In this document: one piece after another, positions 48,819-58,511 of the stretch
How positions within the stretch are numbered: the stretch's first letter is position 1
How the letters are laid out: each line of letters starts with the position of its first letter
Source: Thermoanaerobaculia bacterium
Lineage (GTDB): Bacteria > Acidobacteriota > Thermoanaerobaculia > Multivoradales > Multivoraceae
Assembly (NCBI GenBank): GCA_963666565.1
Contig: OY762911.1
Coordinates: 704,001-768,000 of the forward strand
Direction of reading: 5' to 3'
Length of the DNA: 64,000 nt
Made by a program: the position numbers and the translations under genes
Notes under the pieces: generated by a model
Database searches by the model: none
What the model saw: only the letters and a program-made list of their open reading frames with translations
What the model was told of the DNA's origin: nothing

Positions 48819-51230
48819 CTATGCGCGGCCAACGAGGCGCTTGATGGCGCCCTTGATCGGCTCGGGCAGGCGGCGGCCGAGGCGAACGGCCTGACGTTCG
48901 AGGCGTACCGCCAGGCTCTCGCGGGCCATCGACGCCGGCCGGCGGCCGCCATCCCTGAGCCACTCCTGCTCCTCGGCGGTCAACGTCAGCGCCGCGGCGG
49001 CGACCAGTTCCTCCACCTCCCGCTCGGTGGCCGCGCCGACGATGGCGTGCAGCGGCAGGTCCTGCGCCAGCACCCAGGCGAGCGCGACCTGCGGCACGGA
49101 GGCGCCGCGGGCCTCGGCGAACTCGGTCGCCCGCTCCAGCCGCGCCAGGTTCACGCCGTGGACGTAGGCGGTGCGGCAAGCCTCGTCGACCAGCCCCGGA
49201 TCGGCCGCCAGGGCGCGGCGGGTGACGCGGCCGGAGAACAGGCCGCGCGCCAGCGACGACCAGGCGAACACAGCCATGCCCGTGCTCCGGTGCCAGGCGC
49301 GGTCGCCCGCGGCCGCGGCGCCGGTCAGCGTCACGCAGCCGCCGCCCCAGGGGTCGCGGATCTGGTCGGCGAGCGAGAAGTTGGGGCTCGACGCGGCGGG
49401 CAACGGCCGCCCGTTGGCCGCCGCGTAGTCGCAGGCCTCCTCGATCCGCGCGCGGGTCCAGTTCGAGAAGCCGTACGCGCGCAGGCGGCCGGCGGCGACG
49501 TGCTCGGCGAAGGCGTCGACCATCTCGCCGACCGGCACGGCCGCATCGTCGCGGTGCAGCATGTACAGGTCGACGGCGGGGAGCCGGAGCCGGTCGAGCG
49601 ACTCGGCGAGGTCCCGCGCCAGGGCTTCCGGGTTGACGCGCGCGCCGGAAGCGTCGGGGTGGCAGCCCTTGGAGAGGACGAAGACGTCGTCGGCGAGGCG
49701 GCGGCGTTCGAGCCACGAGCCGATGGCGCGCTCCGAGGCGCCGCCGCCGTAGACGTGGCCGGTGTCGATGCCGCAGATGCCGTTCTCGAAGGCCGCGTCG
49801 AGGAGGGCGTCGGCGGCGTCCTGGGAGGCGGGGGCGTCGCCGTCGAGGATCATCGTGCCGAGGATGAGTCGGGAGACATAGCGCGGCGGCGATTCGCCTC
49901 CGCTGGGTGCGCGGGTCTTCCGACCCGCATCGGGCGGAGCCGCGGAGCGGCGCAGACCGGAAGAATGGCCGCCGGCCGAAGGCCGGCGACGATGCTGTTC
50001 GCCGCCTTCGGCGGCATGCGGGTCAGAAGACCCGCGCACCCAGTGCGGGTCAGAAGACCCGCGCACCCAGTGCGGGTCAGAAGACCCGCGCACCCAGTGC
50101 GGGTCAGAAGACCCGCGCACCCAGTGCGGGTCGGAAGACCCGCGCACCCAGGGGACCCGCGCGTCCAGCAATCCGGATAAAACGCGGTACGTCATCGCCC
50201 GATGGCTCCCCGCCGTAACCCCGACGCTCGGCTCGAAGGGGTACTGCACGCCCATCCGGCGGCGCAGCTCGTCCATCAGTTCGAGCAGCGCGACGGACTC
50301 GGCGTGCGGCAGCAGCGGACTCTCGACGTCGCCGTCGCGGAGCATCCGTTCGACTTCGAGCGCCTGGTACTCGTAGCCGTTGCAGAGGAACGGGCACTCC
50401 AGCGAGGCGACCTCTCGCGTCTCGCACTCCAGTTCGGCCTTCTGCGCCCGCCAGAACTCGGGGATCAGGATCCTCCCGGCGTCGCCCTGGATGACGGCGG
50501 TGTCGGGTGTGGCGCGGCTGATGGAGGATTCGAGGTACGCCTCCGCCCCGCCGCCGAAGCGCAGGACGATCTTGCAGTGCCGGTCCACTCCCGACGGCGC
50601 GAGATCGGCGCGGACCTCGATCTCCGGCATCTCGCCGCCGGTCACCCGCTCGCCGAAGACGAGCGACGCCAGCGAGAGCGTGTAGCAGCCCACGTCGAGC
50701 AGGCTGCCGCCGGCAAGCGCCGGATCGTAGAGCCGGCTCGCCGCGTCGAACTGCGTCTCGAAGCCGAAGGAACAGACGAGCCGGCTCGGTTCGCCGATCG
50801 TGCCGTTCGCGATCCAGTCCGCCACCCGCCGGGTGGCCGGAAGGAAGCGGGTCCACATCGCCTCCAGCAGCGGGCGCTCGCATTCGCGGGCGATGGCGCA
50901 CAGCCGGCGGGCCTCGGAGGCGTTGACACAGAGCGGCTTCTCGCACAGCACCGCCTTGCCGTGCCGGAGCGCCAGCGCCGCGTGTTCCATGTGGCCGGGG
51001 TGCGGCGTAGCGACGTAGACCGCGTCGACCGATTCGCTGCGCACGAGGTCGCGGTAGCCGCCGGCCTCCGCCGTCCCGTAGCCGCGCTCGGCGTTGAACG
51101 CGCGCGCCCGCTCCGGGTCGCGGCTGCCGGCGGCGACGACTCTGTGACCCTCCAGTGCGTCGATGGCGGTGGCGAAGGTGCGGGCTATGGCCCCCGGACC
51201 GAGGATTCCCCAGCGGACGGCGGCGGTCAT
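48819..51230 (-). CDS. Gfo/Idh/MocA oxidoreductase fused to an aldo/keto reductase, with an in-frame REP array
   Basis: WGILGPGAIA, YVATPHPGH, LCEKP, GGSLLDVGCY; then SRLILGT, DTGHVYG, SKG, LYMLHRD, GFSNW. Confidence 0.82.
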   Translation of the reverse strand: MTAAVRWGILGPGAIARTFATAIDALEGHRVVAAGSRDPERARAFNAERGYGTAEAGGYRDLVRSESVDAVYVATPHPGHMEHAALALRHGKAVLCEKPLCVNASEARRLCAIARECERPLLEAMWTRFLPATRRVADWIANGTIGEPSRLVCSFGFETQFDAASRLYDPALAGGSLLDVGCYTLSLASLVFGERVTGGEMPEIEVRADLAPSGVDRHCKIVLRFGGGAEAYLESSISRATPDTAVIQGDAGRILIPEFWRAQKAELECETREVASLECPFLCNGYEYQALEVERMLRDGDVESPLLPHAESVALLELMDELRRRMGVQYPFEPSVGVTAGSHRAMTYRVLSGLLDARVPWVRGSSDPHWVRGSSDPHWVRGSSDPHWVRGSSDPHWVRGSSDPHAAEGGEQHRRRPSAGGHSSGLRRSAAPPDAGRKTRAPSGGESPPRYVSRLILGTMILDGDAPASQDAADALLDAAFENGICGIDTGHVYGGGASERAIGSWLERRRLADDVFVLSKGCHPDASGARVNPEALARDLAESLDRLRLPAVDLYMLHRDDAAVPVGEMVDAFAEHVAAGRLRAYGFSNWTRARIEEACDYAAANGRPLPAASSPNFSLADQIRDPWGGGCVTLTGAAAAGDRAWHRSTGMAVFAWSSLARGLFSGRVTRRALAADPGLVDEACRTAYVHGVNLARLERATEFAEARGASVPQVALAWVLAQDLPLHAIVGAATEREVEELVAAAALTLTAEEQEWLRDGGRRPASMARESLAVRLERQAVRLGRRLPEPIKGAIKRLVGRA
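49900..50150. repeat. REPIN plus a 27-bp-period REP array inside the AKR N-terminus
   Basis: TGCGGGTC(A/G)GAAGACCCGCGCACCCAG x5 plus an inverted copy. Confidence 0.92.
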
Positions 51231-53410
51231 ACCTTCCCGCGCAACGCCTGAAGCACCAGGTCGCGGGCGCGTCGGGGCTCGTAGAGGAAGACGCGGCGGG
51301 CCTTCGGGCCGAAGCGGTAGCGCATTCCGGCCGCGCGCCGCCGCCAGCCGGCGTAGGGCCGGGCGACCGTCAGCGCGTAGTGGGCGGCGCCGGCTCGGGC
51401 ACCGCCGCCGCCGCCCGAGCCCGAGCCCTCGGCGAGGCGCCGCAACTCGTCCTGGGGCAGGCGGCGCCAGTGGACGGCGGCGGCGAGCGGCGCGATCACG
51501 TCGCCGCCGTAGGGGCGCTCGGACTCGACCCGGAAGCCGGTGCGGATCAGCCGGGCGATGTCGCTGGAGCGGGTGGCGCGGGCGCAGTCGCCTTCCACCG
51601 GCGGCATGGGCAGCCGCTCGAACCGGCGGGCGGCGGGCGGCAGCCGGCGGTAGGCGGCGGCCGCCGCGGCGCCGGTGCGGCGGTTCCACTGGTGACGGGC
51701 CGGGCCGACGTAGTCGTCGACGAAGAGGCGGCCGCCGGGTTCGAGGGCGTCGAGGATGGCGTCGAGAAGTCGCTCGAGGCGGAGGTGGGAGGACAGGCCG
51801 CCGATGCAGCAGGCGGCCTGGTAGGCAGCGGCCGGGAGGTCGGGGCGGCGAGGGTGGAGGCGAAGGCGGCGAATGAGGGCGGGAGGGGACTCCGGCTCGC
51901 CACTGGGTGCGCGGGTCTTCCGACCCGCTGCCGCCGAAGGCGGCGGAGAATCGCCGGTCGAAGACCGTCCGACAGAGGCGACGACGTCCACGCTGGCGGC
52001 GAAACCGGCGCGGAGAAGTTCGTGGGCCCACGCTTCGTCGCCGATGAGCAACACCCGGTCGAGGGGTTCTGCCGGGACATGCTCGGCAATCCAGTCGCCG
52101 GGGCTGGGGAGGGGCGAAGGCCGGGGCTCGCCGCTTCGCGGCGTCGCGCTCGGTGCGGGTCGGAAGACCCGCGCACCCAGCGGAGATTCGCTACTGGGTG
52201 CGCGGGTCTTCCGACCCGCATCCGCCGAAGGCGGAGGACAATCGCCGGCCGAAGGCCGTCCGTTCCCCGCCACGCCCGCCACGTCGGCGACGCCGCCGCT
52301 GCCGGGGCCGGCGCCAAGCTGCTCCAGCCGCTCCCCGGCCTGCTGCCGCCACTGCAGCCGGAAGTACAGCGCGTGCTTCCGCTCCGAGCACGTCCGGCAG
52401 GTCCCGCACGGATTGCCGCTGCTCAGGCCGTCGACGATCTCGGCCAGCAGCGGCGAGCGACGCACCTCGGCGAGCGAGGTCTCGGGATAGAGCCCGATCG
52501 GCTCGTCCTCCCAGAAGATGCACGGCGACACCGCGCCGTTCGGCCGCACCACCACGGTGTGCCCCGGCCAGGCGCAGCCGGCGACCGCGGTGCGGAACCG
52601 CCCCCGCAGCCGCTGCCGGTCGTAGAGCCCCGCGCGCCAGCGCATCAGCCGGCCGCGCAGGCCGATCGCGCCGCCGTCGTCGAAGTCGGGGTAGGAGACG
52701 AGACGGAGCCCGCGGGCCGCCGCGTCCTCGGCGGCCGCCGCCAGTTCGGCGCGTAGCGCGCCCGGGTCCTCGCCGTCGAGCAGTTCGTCCTCGGCGGTCA
52801 CGTGGGCGGTCGGCGCCACGAAGCGGACGTCGAGCTCGCTGGCGCCGACCTCCTCGGCGAAGCGCGGCAGGTCGAGCAGGTCGGCGCGGTTCGTCCGCAT
52901 CCACACGAAGATCAGCCGCAGCCGCGTCGAGCCGCCGCGGCGGACCTCGTTCAGCAGGTCGAGGCAACGCATCAGCCGGTCGAACTTGCCGCCCACCCGG
53001 ATCGACTCGTAGGTCTCGGCCCGGGTGCCGTCCATCGAGACGCCAACGGCGTTCACCCCGGCCTCGCAAATGGCCTCGGCCTTCGGCGGCGTCAGCGGCA
53101 GCAGGTTCGTCGGGAACCACAGGTCGGGGACGCCGTAGCCGCCGGCCTCGCGGACGATGTCGATGAACTTCGGATGAACCAGCGGCTCGGCGGCGCAGCC
53201 CAGGGCGACGCGACGGGCGCGCGGGAAGAGGTCGGCCGCTACCCGCGAGAAGGTCTCGAGCGGCATCATGCCGGTCTTCGAGAGCTCGCGGTCGAAGGGC
53301 AGGAACTGCAGCCGGTCGACGGCGGAGAAGTAGCACATCCGGCACTTCAGGTTGCAGCGCTCGGTGGTGTCGAGGATGACCTCGAGGGGGCGGCGTTGGA
53401 GGAGGGGCAT
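51227..53410 (-). CDS. Radical SAM/SPASM protein fused to a methyltransferase-like domain, with REP inserts
   Basis: CNLKCRMC, AEPLVHP, SMDG, CAWP..VRPNGAVSPC..CRTC; C-terminal LEPGGRLFVDDYVGP. Confidence 0.8.
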   Translation of the reverse strand: MPLLQRRPLEVILDTTERCNLKCRMCYFSAVDRLQFLPFDRELSKTGMMPLETFSRVAADLFPRARRVALGCAAEPLVHPKFIDIVREAGGYGVPDLWFPTNLLPLTPPKAEAICEAGVNAVGVSMDGTRAETYESIRVGGKFDRLMRCLDLLNEVRRGGSTRLRLIFVWMRTNRADLLDLPRFAEEVGASELDVRFVAPTAHVTAEDELLDGEDPGALRAELAAAAEDAAARGLRLVSYPDFDDGGAIGLRGRLMRWRAGLYDRQRLRGRFRTAVAGCAWPGHTVVVRPNGAVSPCIFWEDEPIGLYPETSLAEVRRSPLLAEIVDGLSSGNPCGTCRTCSERKHALYFRLQWRQQAGERLEQLGAGPGSGGVADVAGVAGNGRPSAGDCPPPSADAGRKTRAPSSESPLGARVFRPAPSATPRSGEPRPSPLPSPGDWIAEHVPAEPLDRVLLIGDEAWAHELLRAGFAASVDVVASVGRSSTGDSPPPSAAAGRKTRAPSGEPESPPALIRRLRLHPRRPDLPAAAYQAACCIGGLSSHLRLERLLDAILDALEPGGRLFVDDYVGPARHQWNRRTGAAAAAAYRRLPPAARRFERLPMPPVEGDCARATRSSDIARLIRTGFRVESERPYGGDVIAPLAAAVHWRRLPQDELRRLAEGSGSGGGGGARAGAAHYALTVARPYAGWRRRAAGMRYRFGPKARRVFLYEPRRARDLVLQALRGKV

Positions 53411-53419
53411 GGAGTTGGC

Positions 53420-53597
53420 CGGATGCGGGTCAGAAGACCCGCGCACCCAGTGGGACGGATGCGGGTCGGAAGACCCGCGCACCCAGTGGGACGGATGCGG
53501 GTCGGAAGACCCGCGCACCCAGTGGGACGGATGCGGGTCGGAAGACCCGCGCACCCAGTGGGACGGATGCGGGTCGGAAGACCCGCGCACCCAGTGG
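53420..53597. repeat. REP tandem array, 36-bp period x5
   Basis: GGATGCGGGTC(G/A)GAAGACCCGCGCACCCAGTGGGAC. Confidence 0.92.
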
Positions 53598-53605
53598 GAG
53601 GAGGT

Positions 53606-54772
53606 TCATGGGGGCAGCGCCTTGAGCATGGTCTGGCAGACGCCGCGGCCGGAACTCCTGCGGCGCCATACGGCGGCGATGCTAGCCGGGTCCCGTTCGC
53701 CGCGCCGCCAGGCCGCCCGTTCCTCGGCCATCGCCGCGGCCAGCGGGCCGGCGCGGTGCGCGGAGGCGACCCGGCCGTAGGCGCCTCCCTCGGACCAGCT
53801 CCGCAGGCTCGGGATCGGCGTGCCGACCACGGTCGCTCCCATCGACAGCGCCTCGCAGCCGGCGTGCGGCGCGCCCTCCCACCGCGACGAGAACACGATG
53901 AAGCGGCTGCCGGCGAGCGCGTCGGCGAGCACCTCGGGGTACTGCGGCCCGTGGTGCTCCACGTTCGGGAAGCGGCGCCCGAGCCCGCCGAACAGCTCCT
54001 CGCCGCCCGGTCCGAAGATGTCGACCGGCTCGCTCCGCGCCACGCGCCCGGCCCGGCCGAGGTAACGGGCGAGCGCGCGGACCAGGAGCGGCGCGTTCTT
54101 CTGTGGATCGTCCCAGCGGCCGATGGCCACCATGCCGCGCCGCTCGCGCCCAAGGTCGGGCGACTCGACGTAGACGCGGTTGATGGCGAGGGGAGCGACG
54201 TGGACCCGGTCGGCCAGGCCGGGCGCGCCCGCCCGGCGCAGGAAGCGGCGGAAGTGGGTCCGCGCCTCCTCGCAGCCGAGGATCAACGCGTCGGACGATT
54301 CGGCGCTGCGGACGAACTCGGCGTCCTGCGGGTCGGCGCGGCGGAACGAGAGCAGGTAGCGCTTGGCCACGAAGCGAAGCTGCCGCATCTGGCGCCGGCG
54401 GTCGGCGACGCCGGAGAAGACCTTCCGGCGCAACGTCGCGAGGGGGAACGCGCGAAGACCCATCTGGCCGTCGGAGTCGCCCATGGCGATCGTCAGCGCA
54501 CCGGCGGCGCGGATCGTCTCCAGCAGGGCCGACATCTGGTGGAAGGAGGGCACGATCGCGACATCGACGGCGAGGCCGCGCCAGAACGCCTCGTCTTCCA
54601 GGCCGCCGCCCCGCGGCGACGCGATGGGCACGGGAAAGCCGTCGTTCGAGGACTCCGGGCAGGCGACGACCGCCTCGTGGCCGAGCGTCTCCAGCCCGCG
54701 GACGTACTCCTCGAAGCGGAAACTGCACTGGCTCAGCGGCGTACCGTAGTTCCAGACGACCGCGACCCGCAT
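53606..54772 (-). CDS. Glycosyltransferase family 4-like
   Basis: AIGRWDDPQKN, FSSRWEGAPHAGCEALSMG. Confidence 0.8.
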   Translation of the reverse strand: MRVAVVWNYGTPLSQCSFRFEEYVRGLETLGHEAVVACPESSNDGFPVPIASPRGGGLEDEAFWRGLAVDVAIVPSFHQMSALLETIRAAGALTIAMGDSDGQMGLRAFPLATLRRKVFSGVADRRRQMRQLRFVAKRYLLSFRRADPQDAEFVRSAESSDALILGCEEARTHFRRFLRRAGAPGLADRVHVAPLAINRVYVESPDLGRERRGMVAIGRWDDPQKNAPLLVRALARYLGRAGRVARSEPVDIFGPGGEELFGGLGRRFPNVEHHGPQYPEVLADALAGSRFIVFSSRWEGAPHAGCEALSMGATVVGTPIPSLRSWSEGGAYGRVASAHRAGPLAAAMAEERAAWRRGERDPASIAAVWRRRSSGRGVCQTMLKALPP

Positions 54773-54988
54773 GATGGGGTGACGCTACCGGACGCCGCTG
54801 GAGTACGGCTGGGTGCGCGGGTCTTCCGACCCGCTCTCGGGCGAAGCCGCGGAGCGGCGAAGCCCGGACAATAGGGCCGCCGGCCAAAGGCCGGCGACGA
54901 TGTTCCCGCCGCCTGCGGCGGCAAGCGGGTCAGAAGACCCGCGCACCCAGTGGGCGCACCCAGCGGGCACCAGCGGCACCCGGTGCAG

Positions 54989-56905
54989 TCAATCGCAGGG
55001 AAACGCGTAGTTGTCGCTGAGGCTCGCCGCGGTCTCCCCCAGCCGGTTGTGCAGACTCCAGTTGCGCCCCGCGGCATCCTGCACGTACAGGTTGAACGCG
55101 AGGTCCGTCACCGGGGCGACGTACACCCAGCGATGCGCGTTCAGGTGGCAGCCGTCGAGCACCTTGACCAGCACTTCCGCGTTGTCGCGGCTGAAGAACC
55201 ACAGCAGGCCCGCCTCCCCCGACGCCCAGATGCCGGACTTGGCTTCGCCGACCTCTCCCGACGCCGTCTCGTAGCACATGGCGACCTTGACGCCGTTCCC
55301 GAAGGCGAGCGGAACCGTCTCCGGGCGGCAGTCCGTGTAGCCGGGGCCATCGGGCGAACCCGGCAGGGGACCGAGCCCCGTATCGGGATCCGGGTCGGGG
55401 TCGGGGTCCGGGTCCGGATCGGGCTCGGGTTCCTCGGCGGGCACCGGGTACAGGTAGCGCGCCGCCGCCTCGTCGTCTTCGTTCAGTCGCGCCCCGCGGC
55501 CGTCGCCGTGAGCGTACGCCCGCATGAGCGCCTCGCCGGTCACCTCGTCGCACGGCCCGCTGGCGTCGTCGCCGCAGGGGTGGCCGATCCCGATCACGTG
55601 GCCGAGTTCATGGCCCATGATCTCTTCGTGGGCCTTGCGCGGGTTGGCCCTGGCGCTCACCCACCGCTCGTAGCCGTCCTGGGTGGTGACGTTCGACTCG
55701 ACGATCGCGAGCGCCTCCACCGAGTCGTTGCCCGGAACCCGGTGCGTCTCCGCCGAAGCGTCGCAGTAGAAGAAGGTGTAGGTGATGGCGATGACGCCGC
55801 TCTCGCCGGGTTCGTAGGACCCGGAGATCTCGTCGAACGGGTCCTCCCAGGAGATCGAGTTCACTCCGTCCACGTCGTCGATCAGGAACTCGCGGTTCGA
55901 CGTGCCCTCGAGAGCGAGCCGGACGCGAGCGCCCGAGACGCCGTTCCAGGCGCGGATGCCGGCGCGCACTTCCGCGAGGCCGCCGCCGGGAACGCCGGGC
56001 TGGCCTCCCGCCTGGACGGTCATGCCCACGCTCCGGCCGCGGTCGAACTCCCGCCAGCGAAGCGCCAGACCGTCGTGGAGGCACTCGGCGGGGCTTCGCG
56101 TGACGCGGAACGGCATGGCGACCGAGAGCGGCTCGCCGGGACGCTCCGCGAGGAAGTAGTCGGCGGGGCGCGCGACGCCGGCGGCGCGGTCGGCGATCCA
56201 GCGGCGGAAGGCGGCCGCGTCGCGCGGCTGGCCGCGGCGCGCGCGCTCGGCTGCCGCGGCGTCGGTCGGCGCCGCGGTTTCGGCCCGCGCCGACGCCTCC
56301 CGCAGCAGCACGGCGCCGCGGCCGCGCTCGACCTCGAAGAACATCCCGACCGCCAGCTCGACCGGACGGTAGACGTCTTCGCCGGCGTCGCGGTCGACGT
56401 CGCGATCGAGGAAGAGGAGCACCCGGTCTCCCTCGGCGAGGATCGGCAGGCCGATGACCTTCATGGCCAGGCCGCCGGGGCCGACGCCGCCGGGCTGGCG
56501 GACGAGGATCGTGCCGGCGGGGGCGGAGCCCTTGAGGACCTGCTCGATGGAGATGATGGAGTCGGTGGAGGGCGGGCGCGTGCCGGGGGCCGGGGAGGCG
56601 GCGAGGACCTGGCCGTAGACGATGAGGGGGGAGCGGTCGACGAGGGATTCGTCGGCGGGGAGGATGTAGACGAGGGCGGTCGCGGGGGACGCGAGGAGGG
56701 TGATGGCGAGGAGGGTGGCGGCGGCCAGGAAGGAGCCGGCCTGGCGGCCGGCGCGGTTTGTTTGAGTGCGGGTCAGAAGACCCGCGCACCCAGTGCGGGT
56801 CAGAACCCGGCTGGCGCGTCCCCGCGCCAGCCGCGTCACAGTCCGAGCGCCCGTCTTCGGGCGGTCGGATGTCAGACCCGCGCACCCAGTGGCCCACCCG
56901 GTCAT
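54989..56905 (-). CDS. Secreted zinc metalloprotease (metzincin/matrixin-like) with the shared C-terminal domain
   Basis: HELGHVIGIGH, ALM Met-turn, (DP)n linker, GLLWFFSRDNAEVLVKVLDGC. Confidence 0.82.
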   Translation of the reverse strand: MTGWATGCAGLTSDRPKTGARTVTRLARGRASRVLTRTGCAGLLTRTQTNRAGRQAGSFLAAATLLAITLLASPATALVYILPADESLVDRSPLIVYGQVLAASPAPGTRPPSTDSIISIEQVLKGSAPAGTILVRQPGGVGPGGLAMKVIGLPILAEGDRVLLFLDRDVDRDAGEDVYRPVELAVGMFFEVERGRGAVLLREASARAETAAPTDAAAAERARRGQPRDAAAFRRWIADRAAGVARPADYFLAERPGEPLSVAMPFRVTRSPAECLHDGLALRWREFDRGRSVGMTVQAGGQPGVPGGGLAEVRAGIRAWNGVSGARVRLALEGTSNREFLIDDVDGVNSISWEDPFDEISGSYEPGESGVIAITYTFFYCDASAETHRVPGNDSVEALAIVESNVTTQDGYERWVSARANPRKAHEEIMGHELGHVIGIGHPCGDDASGPCDEVTGEALMRAYAHGDGRGARLNEDDEAAARYLYPVPAEEPEPDPDPDPDPDPDPDTGLGPLPGSPDGPGYTDCRPETVPLAFGNGVKVAMCYETASGEVGEAKSGIWASGEAGLLWFFSRDNAEVLVKVLDGCHLNAHRWVYVAPVTDLAFNLYVQDAAGRNWSLHNRLGETAASLSDNYAFPCD

Positions 56906-56909
56906 GGCG

Positions 56910-58262
56910 CTATTCGGCGCATGGGAAGGCCTCGGTGTCACTCCGGGTGGACGCCGTGTCGCCCAGGCGGTTGTGGTGCGACCAGGTGCGGCCTTCGCTG
57001 TCCACGACGTGGAGGTTGAAGGCGAGGTCGGTCACCGGGGCGACGTAGACCCAACGGTGGTTGTTGTAGAAGCAGCCGTTCAGCACCTTGATCAGCACTT
57101 CCGCGTTGTCGCGGGTGAAGAACCACAGCAGGCCGGATTCGCCGGACGCCCAGATGCCTGCCTTGCCCTCGCCCACCGTGCCTTCGGCCGTCTCGTAGCA
57201 CATGCGGACGCTGTAGCCGCCGTCGAAGACGAGCGGCGTGGTTGCCGGCACGCAGTCGGTGTAGCCCGGTCCGGTGGGCGGACCGTCGCCCGGATCGGGG
57301 TCGGGCGTCGGATCGGGCGTGGGGTCCGGGTCGGGATCGGGATCCGGATCGGGATCGGGGTCCGGGTCGGTGGCCGGGTGGTCCACGGCCAGGCGGATGC
57401 CGTAGGGTCCCGATTCCGAGTCGGGCTGCCAGGCTTCCCAGTCGCGGTCCGCCGTCGAGCGAGCCCGGAAAGCGCGCCGGCCCGCGGAGTTGTCCGTGTC
57501 CACGGCCAGTAGCTTCGTGTCGCTGACCGGGGCGCCGCGCCGCCACGAGACGGCGAGCCAGACGTGGCCGGCGGCGAGCGACTGGCCGGCCAGGTCGCCA
57601 GCCAGCCGGAAGCAGTCGTAGGTGCCGGCCTGCTCGAGCCGGCTGGCGACCTCGTAGGCGGCCAGCCCGTCGCCCGGCACGCCGCCAGCGTTGGAGTAGA
57701 ACGTCAGCGTGAAGGCCACGTCGGGGCTCTCGTCCTCCTGCGAGCGCCCGAAGCACGCCTCGGCGTAGGCGACCGTGCCCGCGCTCGGCAGCTCGAACCG
57801 CTGGGCGAACTCCATCTCGTAGAGGGGATCGTCGGTCGCTTCGTCGACCAGCCAGAGGAACTCCTCGAAGCTGTCGTCGTCGTACTCGTAGACCTGGGTG
57901 GCGGGCTGGGAGACACTGACGGGGGCGGCGGCGCCGGGGACGGCGGCGCCAAGGCTGCGTACCGAGACGGGGGCGGCGGCGGGCCGTTCGACGAGGCGGA
58001 GGCGCTCGGCCTGCACGACGGCGCGCGGTTCGGGCGCCAGGAGGTCGCGGCCGGCCTGGGCGGCGAGGGGCGGGGCGAGGAAGATGAGAGCGAGGAGGGA
58101 GGCGAAGGACGGCCTTCGGCCGGCGGTTCTCCGCCGCCTTCGGCGGCAGCGGGTCAGAGGACCCGCGCACCCAGGGCGGGTCGAAAGACCCGCGTACCCG
58201 GTGCGGGACGCGAGCGAGATCGGCGAGGCGGGGCAACCGGGGGCGGGGGTCCGGCGGGTCAT
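56910..58262 (-). CDS. Secreted protein with (DP)n linker and the shared C-terminal domain
   Basis: Signal-like LLALIFLAPPLAAQ, YEYDDD, YGIR, GLLWFFTRDNAEVLIKVLNGC. Confidence 0.78.
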   Translation of the reverse strand: MTRRTPAPGCPASPISLASRTGYAGLSTRPGCAGPLTRCRRRRRRTAGRRPSFASLLALIFLAPPLAAQAGRDLLAPEPRAVVQAERLRLVERPAAAPVSVRSLGAAVPGAAAPVSVSQPATQVYEYDDDSFEEFLWLVDEATDDPLYEMEFAQRFELPSAGTVAYAEACFGRSQEDESPDVAFTLTFYSNAGGVPGDGLAAYEVASRLEQAGTYDCFRLAGDLAGQSLAAGHVWLAVSWRRGAPVSDTKLLAVDTDNSAGRRAFRARSTADRDWEAWQPDSESGPYGIRLAVDHPATDPDPDPDPDPDPDPDPTPDPTPDPDPGDGPPTGPGYTDCVPATTPLVFDGGYSVRMCYETAEGTVGEGKAGIWASGESGLLWFFTRDNAEVLIKVLNGCFYNNHRWVYVAPVTDLAFNLHVVDSEGRTWSHHNRLGDTASTRSDTEAFPCAE

Positions 58263-58511
58263 GGGGCGAGTCCTCCTTGGGTCAGTGCACGACCACCCGT
58301 GCGAAGGACACTAGTGCAAGAGGCGCGCCAGTGCTGTGGGGTGCGCTGGGTGCGCCGGGTGCGCGGGTCTTCCGACCCGCTCCCGGGCGACGCCGCGGAG
58401 CGGCGGAGACCGGAGAGAACGGCCGCCGGCCGGAGGCCGGCGACGATGTCGGAGGCCGCCTTCGGCGGCATGCGGGTCAGAAGACCCGCGCACCCAGGGC
58501 ACCCGGCGGGG

